Position numbers and translations under genes: made by a program. A stretch of DNA of 64,000 nt from Flectonema sp. DT1601 (Eukaryota), in contig OZ025797.1 of the NCBI GenBank assembly GCA_964019425.1, forward strand, positions 1 to 64,000. Direction: 5' to 3'. Shown here piece by piece: positions 34,893 through 46,383 of this stretch (position 1 is the first letter of the stretch; every line of letters starts with the position of its first letter). The notes beneath the pieces were generated by a model. That model searched no databases. It saw only the letters and a program-made list of their open reading frames with translations, and was not told the DNA's origin.

Positions 34893-36356
34893 TTAGAGAA
34901 TAGCTGCGGCATCTCTGAAGGTGTTTCGATTCCTCGTCGGGTTTCGTAAAGTTTCAAAGGCGTCGGAAACTATTTTCGCATTGAATTCGACAGAAGAAAC
35001 TTTAATTCTGTCTAAATACTTAGCTGTGGGGTCGGCATTCCCTCTGAGTGCGTGGTCTCTTATAATTTGAATGTAATTATTAGTAACATATTCATAAGGA
35101 ATGCTTGGATACATTCCCTTTAGAGGTTGACACACGAGCTCAGCAGCCCCAGAGAGCATTAATTTATTAGCAAGAGAGATAGTCTCTGGAAGATCTTCAG
35201 GAGAGTCGAGTAGAGTTTCAAAACGACTTCCAAGCTTAAGTCGTAAATTTAATAAGGAATCAGGAGGTGCCCTTCCTTGTAACGGAGGAGCACGAGCTGG
35301 TTGGGCTCGCAGTTTATTCAACGAAACCGATGGAGTTGGTCCCCTTGAGGCTAAATATTTAGCGGCCCATTGAGATGGTTTTTTTTGAAAGATGTCTTGC
35401 CTCACAAACCATTCTCCGATTGTTTCATTCTCAGTGTCACTTTCTAACATCATTGCGAGACTCATTGATACTTCCCTGGGATTTGGTATCTTAGTTTTTG
35501 GAAACATATCTTTTTTAACTCCTTTGTAAAAAGTTAAATTCTTCTTAGTAATATTTTTGTAGCAGTCTGATATAATTTTAAGGGTTTCAACCAGACCGTG
35601 AGTGTGTTCCTTTGCGATGGTCCATTTGAAAAACAACCCACGCTCCCTACAAGCAGAGAGTGTTCTGGTGCTATTCCTTTTCCTTGAAGGTTTAATGTTT
35701 AAGGAAGCCTGCTGATCAAACCAGAAGCAACCGTGTCTATCAAGATCTTTTATTAGAACGTATTCAGTAACGTTGCCGCTTTCAACCATAAAAATGTATT
35801 TTGGTCCAACGCGAAGCATCTTTCTATGGAACTCACCATTATTGTCAATCGAGTACACCATTGAGGAAGTGATGATCGGAACACTTTCCTTTTCACTATC
35901 TGTATCGTCATAGAAAGATTCTGATCTGACATCTCTTTTTATAAAATCCATAAACCGATTATGAACTAAATCCGGATCTGGGAATCTATAAAAAGGCCTC
36001 ATCAACTCTACTGTTCCCTTTGAGACTTTCAGTTTCATCCCGTCAGTCACATCTTCGTATTGTTCGCATATTATTTTTAATGTTTCTTTCAGGCTGTGTT
36101 CATTGTCAGGTTTGTTTTGCCATTCAAATCGAAGACCATCACCCATCTCACCAGTGCTGATGGCCCTCAGATAAACTTCAGTTTCAGAGTAGTAGATCCC
36201 TTCTATGCCTCCAATCGGAATGAATTCTGTTACTTCATTTCCAGAAGTCATCAACACATAAGTCGGACCGACCTTTAGCACTCGAGGCTTTACACCATCG
36301 ATATCAATAGACAGGACATGTGATGATGAGACAATAGGTATGTCCGTGTCGCTCAT
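34893..36356 (-). CDS. Hypothetical protein with two tandem homologous (possibly PH-like) domains
   Basis: 487 aa ORF; PIVSSSHVLSID..RVLKVGPTYV is repeated as PIITSSMVYSID..KMLRVGPKYI. Confidence 0.75.
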   Translation of the reverse strand: MSDTDIPIVSSSHVLSIDIDGVKPRVLKVGPTYVLMTSGNEVTEFIPIGGIEGIYYSETEVYLRAISTGEMGDGLRFEWQNKPDNEHSLKETLKIICEQYEDVTDGMKLKVSKGTVELMRPFYRFPDPDLVHNRFMDFIKRDVRSESFYDDTDSEKESVPIITSSMVYSIDNNGEFHRKMLRVGPKYIFMVESGNVTEYVLIKDLDRHGCFWFDQQASLNIKPSRKRNSTRTLSACRERGLFFKWTIAKEHTHGLVETLKIISDCYKNITKKNLTFYKGVKKDMFPKTKIPNPREVSMSLAMMLESDTENETIGEWFVRQDIFQKKPSQWAAKYLASRGPTPSVSLNKLRAQPARAPPLQGRAPPDSLLNLRLKLGSRFETLLDSPEDLPETISLANKLMLSGAAELVCQPLKGMYPSIPYEYVTNNYIQIIRDHALRGNADPTAKYLDRIKVSSVEFNAKIVSDAFETLRNPTRNRNTFRDAAAIL

Positions 36357-36561
36357 TAATTTTATCTGAAAAAGAAATGAAAAATAATAAAAATAATAAT
36401 AACAACAACTTCTTGTATTAATTAATGATTGCTGTTGTGTAGAAAATAAGTTAATATTAACCAGTCAGCACCACCCACCGAGTGTCTACATAATACAGCA
36501 ATAGCAGCCTAACCAACAACAAGGAGGAGAAAGAAAGAAAAAAGAAAAAAAAATTAAAAAA

Positions 36562-36637
36562 AAGAATTGGCTTTATCTCAAACTATACAGAAAACAGTAC
36601 TATAAGCACACGTTGATGTTTTGTTTGTGCACGAAAC
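36562..36637. repeat. Dispersed repeat B, copy 2
   Basis: Aligns with 28533-28607. Confidence 0.85.
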
Positions 36638-37454
36638 CGACTTAAACTGATAAAGCTAAAGGAGGTTTACGTGGGTTGCCAACATTCTTTTCCGTTCTTA
36701 CAATACTTATTAAATGCAAAAAAAAGAAAAGGGGTGCCAATATAAAACGAGAAAAAAAAGAATATACATAAGCATCTGTGACGATTCGCACGTAAAGTTG
36801 CTAATCGGATTCTGATTGTTTTTGGGTTCAAGACAGAATGAACGGTTTTTCAGATACATTTGAGTGTTCAGTACAAATTATTGAAATTCGTCAAGTGAAA
36901 AAAAAAAGTATAAAATAAATAATATTCACAACATCACTAGACATGAATAGTAACGCGTCGCAAGACAGATAATAAAAGACAAGTGAGATGTTTAAGAAGG
37001 AGGAAGGGAACGAGACATAACACCAAAAGGTTATTCAACCACAAAGAAAAGAAAGAATAAACGCAATCACTTTACGGGGGATCTTTCCGTGAAGAGCAAT
37101 TACTTGCGAAAGTACTCAGTGAAGGATATTACGCAGATCTCATTAAAGATTAAGTAGGGTTCTTCTATTTAATAAAATAACTATTCCCAAGGGGTTGGTG
37201 AAGGGATACAAATAATAAACTAACCTCATTACATCACAATCAATTACCATTACGGACCCTTTTGTTTAAAGACTTTGAGATTTCACCTTATCGTTTATTC
37301 AATAAGGGTACTGAGGGGAGCATTCAATGAGTGTCGTCGCGCCAGTTTGCTCACTAGTCTGTGACGGCTGCTCCGGTATCGATTCGTAGGCCACGCGGAT
37401 AAAATTGCATATCACACCTTATCACATAGCCTGAAGTTCTTTAGTAAGTTCGTA

Positions 37455-38921
37455 CTACCTACGAGGTGGTGACACCCGTCGGGGAGTACCTGATGCACTT
37501 CCGTAACCAGCTCTACTTCGTGCTGGACTAGCAGACTGTCCAAACAACTCTGAGAGAGCGAGGCGATATTTATCAGCTGGGAGAGTACCAGCGAGGTAAC
37601 CCTTTGAGATGTCCTGAAAGATTTTAAACTTCGCTGGATCTGTATCTTGAAGACGAGCAACCTCACGCTGAACCGAAGAAGGTGTCTGCGCAGGAAAATC
37701 ATCTTCCGCGGGAAACGGCGACATATTCGCCTGACTTTGAGAATATACATTATCTTGTCTTTCATAATATTCACTCGAAGGAACATGACGAGGTACTGAA
37801 ATATGTCGTCTTTGACTTTGTTGCACGTGAGGAGAAGGAATAGAAGCTCTGTAAGGAGATGGTGACGCACTAAGACGAGGTCGTTCAGCTGAAACACGCT
37901 GACGGATTGCCTCACGGAAACCTTCTCCTAAGACAGATTCTAATGCTTCTTCATAACCAACATCATCAAGGACTCCACTTATGTACTTTGTTGATAATGA
38001 TGCGACTATTCTACTAGCAGTTGGATCTCTTTCTAATAATTGTTGTATTGGATCGATATCTTCACGTGGACCGTAACCACTAGCGCTGCTTTTATTACCA
38101 CCACCACTACCACTACCACCACCATTGTTGGTGTAGTAGTCGGTGGTGGTGTTGTAAACGTTGTTGGAACGCCCACGTTGATTATTTGTGTGGTTGTTGT
38201 GGAATTGTTGGTTTACAAAATTAGCCCCAGCACTCGTATTATCTGATGTCGACCTACTCGACCTGCTTGAGTCTCTTCTCTCGGTCATAAAAGGTGACGG
38301 TTGGTGTTTTTGAACAGAAGGTTTAGAAGTACTTTGTTTATGAACAACAGAGAGTTTATTTGTGATACTGGTGGCGAAGACATTGCAGAGCCGACCTTCG
38401 AATCGGACACTTAGTTTTCCGTATGTTGACTGGTGGCGTTTTACAACAACTCCTTCAGATCCACTAGCAACGATTACATTTCCATTCTGTTGGATGTCAA
38501 TTAATGACCAAACTACTTCTCCAGTTTTGTATCCACACATCCCATCAGGTGATCCAGAGCGAATACTTCCATAACCAGCCTCACTGACTGCAGGTGCTAC
38601 TGAAGGTGTTGCTATTGAAGTAGTAGGTCGCATGCTGTTTCTTGGAGAGTTCATTGGTGACTTTGCGTAAGAAGCAGCTGTTGGCTCAATTAGTGTTAGA
38701 CCGTCAGCTGCTCTTCTTAATGAGACCCATCCAGTTCTGTGTTTTGATCTCATCTCTGGAGGCATCTCAACTTCAACACGATCACCATCAATTCTACCAG
38801 TTCCAATTAACTCAGATCCTTTTGGTAAATCTTCAACAGTCTGACTCTGTCTACTCGCTAGTTGTGTTGCAGCTACTCCTCGAGGTCCGACAACTTTCCA
38901 TTTCCTCGACATTGAACTCAT
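37455..38921 (-). CDS. Hypothetical protein with two SH3-like beta-barrel segments and low-complexity linkers; 3' end may be spliced further
   Basis: 488 aa ORF with KWKVV...GWVSL..DG.TLIEP and YKTGEVV...GSEGVVV..LSVRFEG segments. Confidence 0.75.
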   Translation of the reverse strand: MSSMSRKWKVVGPRGVAATQLASRQSQTVEDLPKGSELIGTGRIDGDRVEVEMPPEMRSKHRTGWVSLRRAADGLTLIEPTAASYAKSPMNSPRNSMRPTTSIATPSVAPAVSEAGYGSIRSGSPDGMCGYKTGEVVWSLIDIQQNGNVIVASGSEGVVVKRHQSTYGKLSVRFEGRLCNVFATSITNKLSVVHKQSTSKPSVQKHQPSPFMTERRDSSRSSRSTSDNTSAGANFVNQQFHNNHTNNQRGRSNNVYNTTTDYYTNNGGGSGSGGGNKSSASGYGPREDIDPIQQLLERDPTASRIVASLSTKYISGVLDDVGYEEALESVLGEGFREAIRQRVSAERPRLSASPSPYRASIPSPHVQQSQRRHISVPRHVPSSEYYERQDNVYSQSQANMSPFPAEDDFPAQTPSSVQREVARLQDTDPAKFKIFQDISKGYLAGTLPADKYRLALSELFGQSASPARSRAGYGSASGTPRRVSPPRR

Positions 38922-39126
38922 CTCATTAAGTTATTATTGTGTTCTCTTGTTGAAGTAAATATGTTTATTCTCATTTTATAAAAAATATCTAAAATAATTA
39001 TGATTTATGTTTGAACCTATATAAGAAGTGAATTGACAATACTGAAAACAATCTACAAGACTTCACAAGTAAGGAACGAATAAACTATATAACAAATATA
39101 ATAATATCGGAAACTCAGGAAGGACA

Positions 39127-41124
39127 TCAATCTGCTGGTGGAGTAATTTGTTCATCAGCAGCTACTTCTTGTGATTGAAGACTTTCAGAAACTTCTTCCG
39201 CTACTTCAGCAGGTTCCGTTTCTCGTCGTTTTCGTTCGTCAATCCGATCAAGTCGACCAGCAGAATTCTCAAATAAATTAAAAACCTGATGAATCATGTT
39301 CAATACAATACTTCGACAACTTTCTGTAAATTCCGAGGCGTAAACTTCCGACACATTCTTCGATTCCACATCAGGTTTTGGTTGAGCTGCGGGAGGAGAC
39401 TTCTTAGCTGCAGGTTTCTTTGATGATCTCTTCTGTGATTCAATCATTCCTAACTGCTCTTGAAGAAAGAATGAAGAATCCACAACAGCATCAACGGCAC
39501 AATAAATCGCCTGATTACATGCGAGATGCATGTAAAACGGTAAGCAAGATGACTTCTCTCTGGCATAACTAAAAGAAACGCTATTCTGTTCAGTCAATGA
39601 CAGCATGCTAATGATGTCGTCGCAACTTTTAAGATACTCAGATCTTTGATGTGCGTCAGGTAGTCCGAAGACCTCCTCAAGAAGGTCATCCACACAACCG
39701 TTCCAGGTTTTGCTTTGATTTGATTTGACTTCTAAAACTGAATTCCAAATCCTCTGTAATTCACCAAACGTCTTCACGTCATAAGTATAATTACAACCCT
39801 CGTTGTTTTTAGCAAAGTTTTCGCGATTTGCCTCTCTACTAATTCGATCTTGTTCTTCAGTTAGAAGGGCGTTGGATTTACTCGACTTGGATCTGTCTGA
39901 TTCGTCTAAAATATTCTCTTTGGAACCTTTATTTAATACTTCAAGGAAGATATTATTCATCATGTCAGTGGTAACTCTTTTACTTAGAGCTCTGTCTAAG
40001 AACTGTGTCGATAAAGGATCTCTTTCTTGAGCTGCTACTACCCCTCTGAGGTGAACAATAATAGTTTCCTTACCAGATGGCACTGTTGTTAATTCCCATT
40101 CCTCTGATGCAATACAAGGGACTGCTGATCTGAATGAGAATGAAAACATGTGTCCCTCTCCAGGTAGCAGTACGCCATCATGAGACTCGGCTAAGACAAA
40201 CTGTGAAGGTCTGACTGGTATTCGAATCGCTTCTCCTCGAGAGTTTGTTATCGGTTGTTTAGCTAATCGTTTCCAACCATAAAATATTGCCGTTGATCCC
40301 AAGTTCACAGCCTTCAGAGGTGAATGTGCTAACAAGTTCGGTTCCGTGTGAAACAATATCCTAGTCGAGGCTAACAATAAAAGTGGCCCAGAGTGGGGCG
40401 TTTCTGCATTCTGTTGTCCAACATCACAGACTTCTTGCTGTGCTAAAGTTTCAATTTGATCAGATGCTTGAGATAGAGAGTCCTTGTTAGTATTATTGTT
40501 AGTAGCCGCAAGAGTTTCTTCCATAAATTCATAATGTTGAGCTGGAGATTGGATGTCTTCTTCAACTCTCTCAGTTGTAACTGGTGCTGGCTCACCAACA
40601 ATACACATTAATCTATTATCACTGTACTCGTGAGTCTTGTGAGGAAATCTCTTAGTGATATGTTTCTTATAAAGGGTTTCTTTACTGTTGTAGTAGTCGG
40701 AGTCTCTTAGTGTTTTTGTGTGACTGTTTGTCTGTGTAAGTCGATGTTTATCTGAAGACTCCGATACGACTTTCATAAAAACATTATGATCAGGTGGTAA
40801 GTAATCATTATTAGGAACAGGACAGTAAAGTGGATATGGGTAACTTGATCCAAACTTCACATATCGAATACCATCGCCCTGATTGCGGAGTGTCATTTCC
40901 CATCCGAGTACACTCGATTTCAAGTGTTGAGGTATGGAAGCATTTAAATAATCAAGTTCTTCAATCTTCTCCCTCCATTGATACGAAGTATTGTGCAGCA
41001 CTTCACCTTCAGTCTTACCAACCTTGGCTGATAATTTAGATGCTAGCGAGTCCCATGCCCGCTTCCTATCTTCCCAGTGATCGAGAGCCTTTCTCTGACG
41101 CTGTCTGTCGTCTGGCTGCTGCAT
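39127..41124 (-). CDS. MYCBP-associated protein-like (flagellar, Ig/ASH-like domain); start taken at MQQPDD
   Basis: LDHW..., WEMTLR, NLGSTAIFYGW and GVLLPGE..FSFSFRS..EEWELTTVP resemble the MYCBPAP family. Confidence 0.7.
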   Translation of the reverse strand: MQQPDDRQRQRKALDHWEDRKRAWDSLASKLSAKVGKTEGEVLHNTSYQWREKIEELDYLNASIPQHLKSSVLGWEMTLRNQGDGIRYVKFGSSYPYPLYCPVPNNDYLPPDHNVFMKVVSESSDKHRLTQTNSHTKTLRDSDYYNSKETLYKKHITKRFPHKTHEYSDNRLMCIVGEPAPVTTERVEEDIQSPAQHYEFMEETLAATNNNTNKDSLSQASDQIETLAQQEVCDVGQQNAETPHSGPLLLLASTRILFHTEPNLLAHSPLKAVNLGSTAIFYGWKRLAKQPITNSRGEAIRIPVRPSQFVLAESHDGVLLPGEGHMFSFSFRSAVPCIASEEWELTTVPSGKETIIVHLRGVVAAQERDPLSTQFLDRALSKRVTTDMMNNIFLEVLNKGSKENILDESDRSKSSKSNALLTEEQDRISREANRENFAKNNEGCNYTYDVKTFGELQRIWNSVLEVKSNQSKTWNGCVDDLLEEVFGLPDAHQRSEYLKSCDDIISMLSLTEQNSVSFSYAREKSSCLPFYMHLACNQAIYCAVDAVVDSSFFLQEQLGMIESQKRSSKKPAAKKSPPAAQPKPDVESKNVSEVYASEFTESCRSIVLNMIHQVFNLFENSAGRLDRIDERKRRETEPAEVAEEVSESLQSQEVAADEQITPPAD

Positions 41125-41559
41125 TTTAAAAATACTTCGTTCCCCTCTTGTATTTCTACAAGCCGATTGCTGTTGAAGAGTGAAATTATTATTTTTTTTT
41201 TTTTTTTTTTGAAAATCCAACTCAATTCACGACTATGTGATTATAATTATTATTTATTAACTTTATTATTATTATTGAAACATAATAAAGAAGTTCAATC
41301 ACAAACAACTGGTAGTCATCATGCTAAGATAACACACACGGTAATAAAGTCACAAACAGGAAGAATACGAACAAAAATTGAGTTTGCATGCCGTTGAGTG
41401 TAAATTGCGTTATTCAAAAAAGCAGAACCTAAAAAAAGACATCCTCTCAATGAAATAATCACAAAGAATGAACAGTAATTGGACGACTTTTAAAAACAGA
41501 TATTCGCAGTTTTTTTTATTCAACACCGCACATCATCTAAATAACATGGAGAAAATATG

Positions 41560-41590
<31 letters not shown>

Positions 41591-41710
41591 CAGTAACAAA
41601 CTTTTAGGTTATTAAAAACAAAAATTAATATCAAAGTACTTGACTGAAAAAAATATTTTTGTAGTTTATTAATCAAAGAAAAGGTACATTTAGAAAATAG
41701 AAAGGGGTGA
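41591..41710. repeat. Dispersed repeat C, copy 1
   Basis: Aligns with 54414-54510 (CAGTAACAA...AAGTACTTGACTGAAAAAAATATTT..GTAGTT..TTAATCAAAGAAAA). Confidence 0.85.
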
Positions 41711-41941
41711 AGGAAAATACTTATTTTATGTTTTTTTTTTTTTTTTTTTTTCCCCCTCTTTTTTGAGTCAACCAAAATTAAAGAATACAATCACACGGTG
41801 AATAGGTTTGACAATAGGATAGACGATGACTATGAGGATATAACTTCAAGAACTCTGTCATTATCAGAACAACAACAACTAAAAGGCTAACTTTTTGTTT
41901 GTACACAAAAAATATAAATTTAGCGACTCGTATAAAGTAAA

Positions 41942-43132
41942 TTAAAAACACGGCACGTAGAGCATCAAATTAGGACTGCTGGTGCCTTGCAAGTTTTCAA
42001 TTATATTCGGAATAGCATTAGAGAGAATCCTTTTTTTAAGTTCTGTCGGATTTAAGTGTTTCTCAGTTGTGAGAATGACAGCCATCGCACCAGCAACATG
42101 AGGTGCTGCCATTGATGTACCAGACATTGTCGCATAAGCGTCATCACTACTAGAAAAGGCAGCTATGATACTCGAACCCGGAGCGAAGATGTCAGTGCAA
42201 GGTCCGTAATTTGAAAGGTAAGCCCTCGCGTCAATTTGTTTGATTCCGCTGGCCGCTAATTCAGTATTTCCAACAGAGATGGGACCCAAAGCTGACGATG
42301 GGCTGTAATTGCATGCGTCGGCGGCATTGTTTCCAGCTGCCACAGTAATTCCAACACCGCTTACAATTACAGAATTGACTGCGTTATTTACTGCTGCCGA
42401 GTGGTCTCCACTTAATGACATGTTTGCTAGTGAAGGTCTTTTTCTTTTCGCAGCGTTGATAGCAACGTACTCAACCCCTTCGATAACTCCAGCAGTAGTA
42501 CCAGTACCAGTATCACCAAGTACTTTAACTGCAATAATTGTCGCACTCTTTGCGATTCCATAAGTCTTACCAGCAACTGTACCGGCGCAATGAGTTCCGT
42601 GACCATCAACATCGTCATGTGAACCACCTGCTGTGTTTAGACCATTAATACATCTTCCTTCGAATTCAACATGAGAACATCTAACGCCAGTGTCAAGAAT
42701 ATAAACATCAACACCACTACCCCAGTTAGAGTTGTGTGAGAAGGTTTCAATTACATCTTCTGGTGATGTTGTTGTTATTCTCTTCTGTCCCCATGACATT
42801 GGTTCTACTTGAGTATCAGGACAAGTAGTATCATCATCATCAGCCTTTGTTATAATTTGATTGTGTTCAATAGATTCAACGTCTTTATGAGTCTTTACCC
42901 ACTTCAGTTGAACTTCTGATAATTTCGCATGAATAGCTTTATAGTTGTCTCCAATTGAAAACTTTTTAATTCCATTAAGAGACTCATACAGATCATCATG
43001 TATCGCAGAGGAAGTATTTCTACTCAACAATAATATAAACTCATTATCGATTACCTTCCCTGTTGGAGGTGTCACAAAGGCTGCATGACTAACTCCTAAA
43101 AGTAATATTAAGCAACAGAGAGCAGACTTCAT
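41942..43132 (-). CDS. Secreted subtilisin-like serine protease (S8A, proteinase K subfamily) with I9 propeptide; start taken at MKSALCC
   Basis: Signal peptide and catalytic triad motifs ILDTG, GHGTHCAG and SGTSMAAPHVAG. Confidence 0.96.
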   Translation of the reverse strand: MKSALCCLILLLGVSHAAFVTPPTGKVIDNEFILLLSRNTSSAIHDDLYESLNGIKKFSIGDNYKAIHAKLSEVQLKWVKTHKDVESIEHNQIITKADDDDTTCPDTQVEPMSWGQKRITTTSPEDVIETFSHNSNWGSGVDVYILDTGVRCSHVEFEGRCINGLNTAGGSHDDVDGHGTHCAGTVAGKTYGIAKSATIIAVKVLGDTGTGTTAGVIEGVEYVAINAAKRKRPSLANMSLSGDHSAAVNNAVNSVIVSGVGITVAAGNNAADACNYSPSSALGPISVGNTELAASGIKQIDARAYLSNYGPCTDIFAPGSSIIAAFSSSDDAYATMSGTSMAAPHVAGAMAVILTTEKHLNPTELKKRILSNAIPNIIENLQGTSSPNLMLYVPCF

Positions 43133-44034
43133 GTTATTTATTATTATCTGTCTTGAAAAGAAATCATAAAAACAATAAATCCGCAAACCGAACAACTGTT
43201 ATCATGCATCAGTATAGAACTCCTTCACCTTTACGTCGCTACGATATTTTTTTTGGATGTATTTGCTGATTTATAATTAAAATAATTACCACCCTAAGCA
43301 ATTCGCTAAAATAGAAAAAAAAAACAAGACGTGTGAAACAATAAAACTCTTCACTAAGCTTCGGACAACGATATTTTTTGAGGGTTATTTTGGTGTTTTT
43401 TTTTTTGGGGGGGGGAGCTTCGTTCGGTTTTTCTGCGAACTTTTTTCGGTTTTTTTTTTTTTTTTTCCTTTTCATTTTCTTTTCCCTCTTTGGGTAAGCT
43501 TAGTTCCCAATTTCAATTTTTCAACATGTGTGGGTTGCGTGAAGTGGGATATCACCTACTGTCTGATCGTTTCTTTCCTTTTTTTCTTGTTCTATTTCAT
43601 ATCATTCCGAAGTGCTAACAACAACATAGCAAGCCATCAACTATTACTGACACAGTAACAGTAGCGTCTAGAAAGTTCCTATGTGTGTGAAAGCCACTCG
43701 TAGAATGTGAAGCACTAAACTTACACAGCCTGGTGCTCGTTTTTTTTTTTTTTTTTTCCCCTTTTCTTTTTCGTTCCACGTTTGTAAGTATAAGATGAGG
43801 GGAGTCACAAAGGCGACACACTGGGGAAACTTTCTCTTCTTCATATATTCGAATTATAACTAATGATGACACGAGAGAATAGCAGTTACCCACTAAGTGA
43901 ATTAATGTAATTTTTTAGTAACGCTGCAAATTGTGTCGGAAATACTTACGGATGGTTTCTTTTTGTTGTGTCGTTAGCACTATTTGTAAAGAATCAACTG
44001 TCATAATAATCAGATCCTTACAACGATCGAAAAC

Positions 44035-44070
<36 letters not shown>

Positions 44071-44331
44071 ATGCGCAGTTTTCAGCAAAATCCTACCTGA
44101 GCATATGAAATAGAAAAAAACAGGATAAAAAAAGGCTAGGAAGTGATAAGTAGTAGGTATGATACATTTAGAGCTCCCGCGTTTGGCTTTTCCTATTACA
44201 CAACAACAAATAACAGGGTTCTTGTGTTAAGAGTTTGCTTCGCAAAAAAGAGGAAAAACAAGAACCGGGCAGCTTTGCTAACAAAATAGCTAGTAACCCA
44301 CTATCTTTTTTGGGAGTAATTTCTTGGAGTG

Positions 44332-44367
<36 letters not shown>

Positions 44368-44406
44368 GACGAAGGGAAACAACAATGACATCACAAAGCT
44401 CAAATG

Positions 44407-44449
44407 ATGCCACTCGCCACCGCTGTGAAGAAGCGACATGCTGTGGTTT
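44407..44449 (-). pseudogene. Isolated 43-nt 28S rRNA fragment
   Basis: Reverse complement matches 553-595 and 7443-7485 at 42 of 43 positions. Confidence 0.9.
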
Positions 44450-46350
44450 GCTATGGTTCTAAATCCACATAGTCAGGAAGACAGATATTTCTGTTCAAAC
44501 ACTAATGTATTTGTGCTTATTTGTTGTTGTTTTTTAAAAATGTAATTTTTTTTTTTAACGGACGGAAGTACCCACACTAAACAGGTTGTTAACTAAAAAA
44601 TCAACACACATGCTAATTAGTATCTCTACCTTATATCATCACTAAGCCACCCACTACTGATGCTCACTGGTGACATTGCGCTGCTAAGTATAGGTAAATT
44701 GAAGATTAACTTTGAGAGGGAGACCCACATATTTTTTTCTTAAAAAATTAAAAAATTAAAATATTTTCGCACAAAGGGTCACTTAGAAAGGATAAAAGGA
44801 AGCTAGAACATGTACAGGGGTTTGTTTTTTATTTTTATTTTATTTTTTCTTTCTTCTTTTACCTATCCAACATTCCCCTTTTTAAGTAAAAAGATAAATA
44901 AGAAACGCAAAAAAAATGTAAATTCGATGAAGTGTCTTCCTGTGACACAAAATAAAAAAACTAGTTCGGCTTGGTGCACACGTGGAGTATAATGAATTCC
45001 TTTTTAAAAAAGAAAAAAGGAACAGGAAAAAAAAAGAATATAAACACACGCTCGCTGCCAACAACAAGGTTTTTTTAGTTCCAACAATTTTTCAGGCCAA
45101 CTCTCAGTACTTTCCCCACTGCGTGCTCCCTTGTGAATCGCTGTAAGACTCTTAACGAGAGTGAAAAAATAAGGCAATGAGTTTCTCTACTCCTTCCACT
45201 GCATTTAATATAATTACAGTGACTAGGGTAGATCAGAGAGTGAGAACTACTCTGGTCGATGTCGAGGAAATATTTTAAGAAATTTATATGGTACGTACTA
45301 AAAAAAAAGTAGAAAAGCAGTTTTTTTTCGCTCAGCATTGAACTTATTTTGTTTGTCTTTGCATTGTCGGTATTATTTTTTTCTTTTTTTTTTTGGGGTT
45401 TGCATAAATAGAAAGCGGAGGAATAAGTTACATTTCGACTTATAGCGCAAGAATAAAAAAGATGTAGAATAAAGGAGGAAATGCTTATTACTTTTTGCAT
45501 CAATTCAAAGGGGAAAGTAGCCAACAACATAGATTTTCCTTCATAGGGCACAGCATCGGAAATGACTGAGGCCAATAGACAATATAAATTTTCTCCTAAT
45601 GGCCACGCCAAATCTTTCCCCTTTCCTTTTCAAAAAAAAAAGGGGGGGTAATTTGATACTGCATTTTTCTTTTTGGGGGGAAAAAAAGAACTTCATAACT
45701 AATTTTCTGAAAAAAGGTTTTTTTTTTTTTTTTTTTGACCCAAAACACACAACACAGCCACGATGAAATAAAAAAAAAAACAAAGAAAAATAATAAAAAT
45801 AAAAGGGGGGAAAGAAATTAATTTTCAAAAGCTGTTGTCAGCACACAGGTACTTACCTATCACTAACTAAATAGAGAATAGATGGAAACGGTGGCGAAAA
45901 AGAATCATTTTGCGAATAAGAAAACAGTAATGTAATCAGCGCAAAGACGTCAAGCAACTAACCGGCCTTCAGTTAAATGGCGGCTTCAAACGATGTGAAA
46001 CCTCGTTGTACATTGCAGAATTGGAACGGGCCACAAGTTAAATTGGTGTCGATTCTCCTTGCAACCTGTTGTTTCCTCGTCGTAGCTATTTATTTTATTT
46101 TGTTGCCTCACTGACACGTCATTTACAGAATGAAGAAAAAGAAACAATTGGGGGAAAGAAAAATAAAAAAACGACAAGGCCACGTAAAATGCACCTCACT
46201 CAGCCATTACTTTCGCTAGAATGCAAATATGTAAAAAACAGAAGCACCTTTTGAAGCAACCCAAATGCTATAGTGCCTTGTCCACAGGTTAGATTAGGAA
46301 GGAAGATACGGATCTCGGAGCAGGTAGCTCGCTTATTGATGAAAAACAAC

Positions 46351-46383
<33 letters not shown>

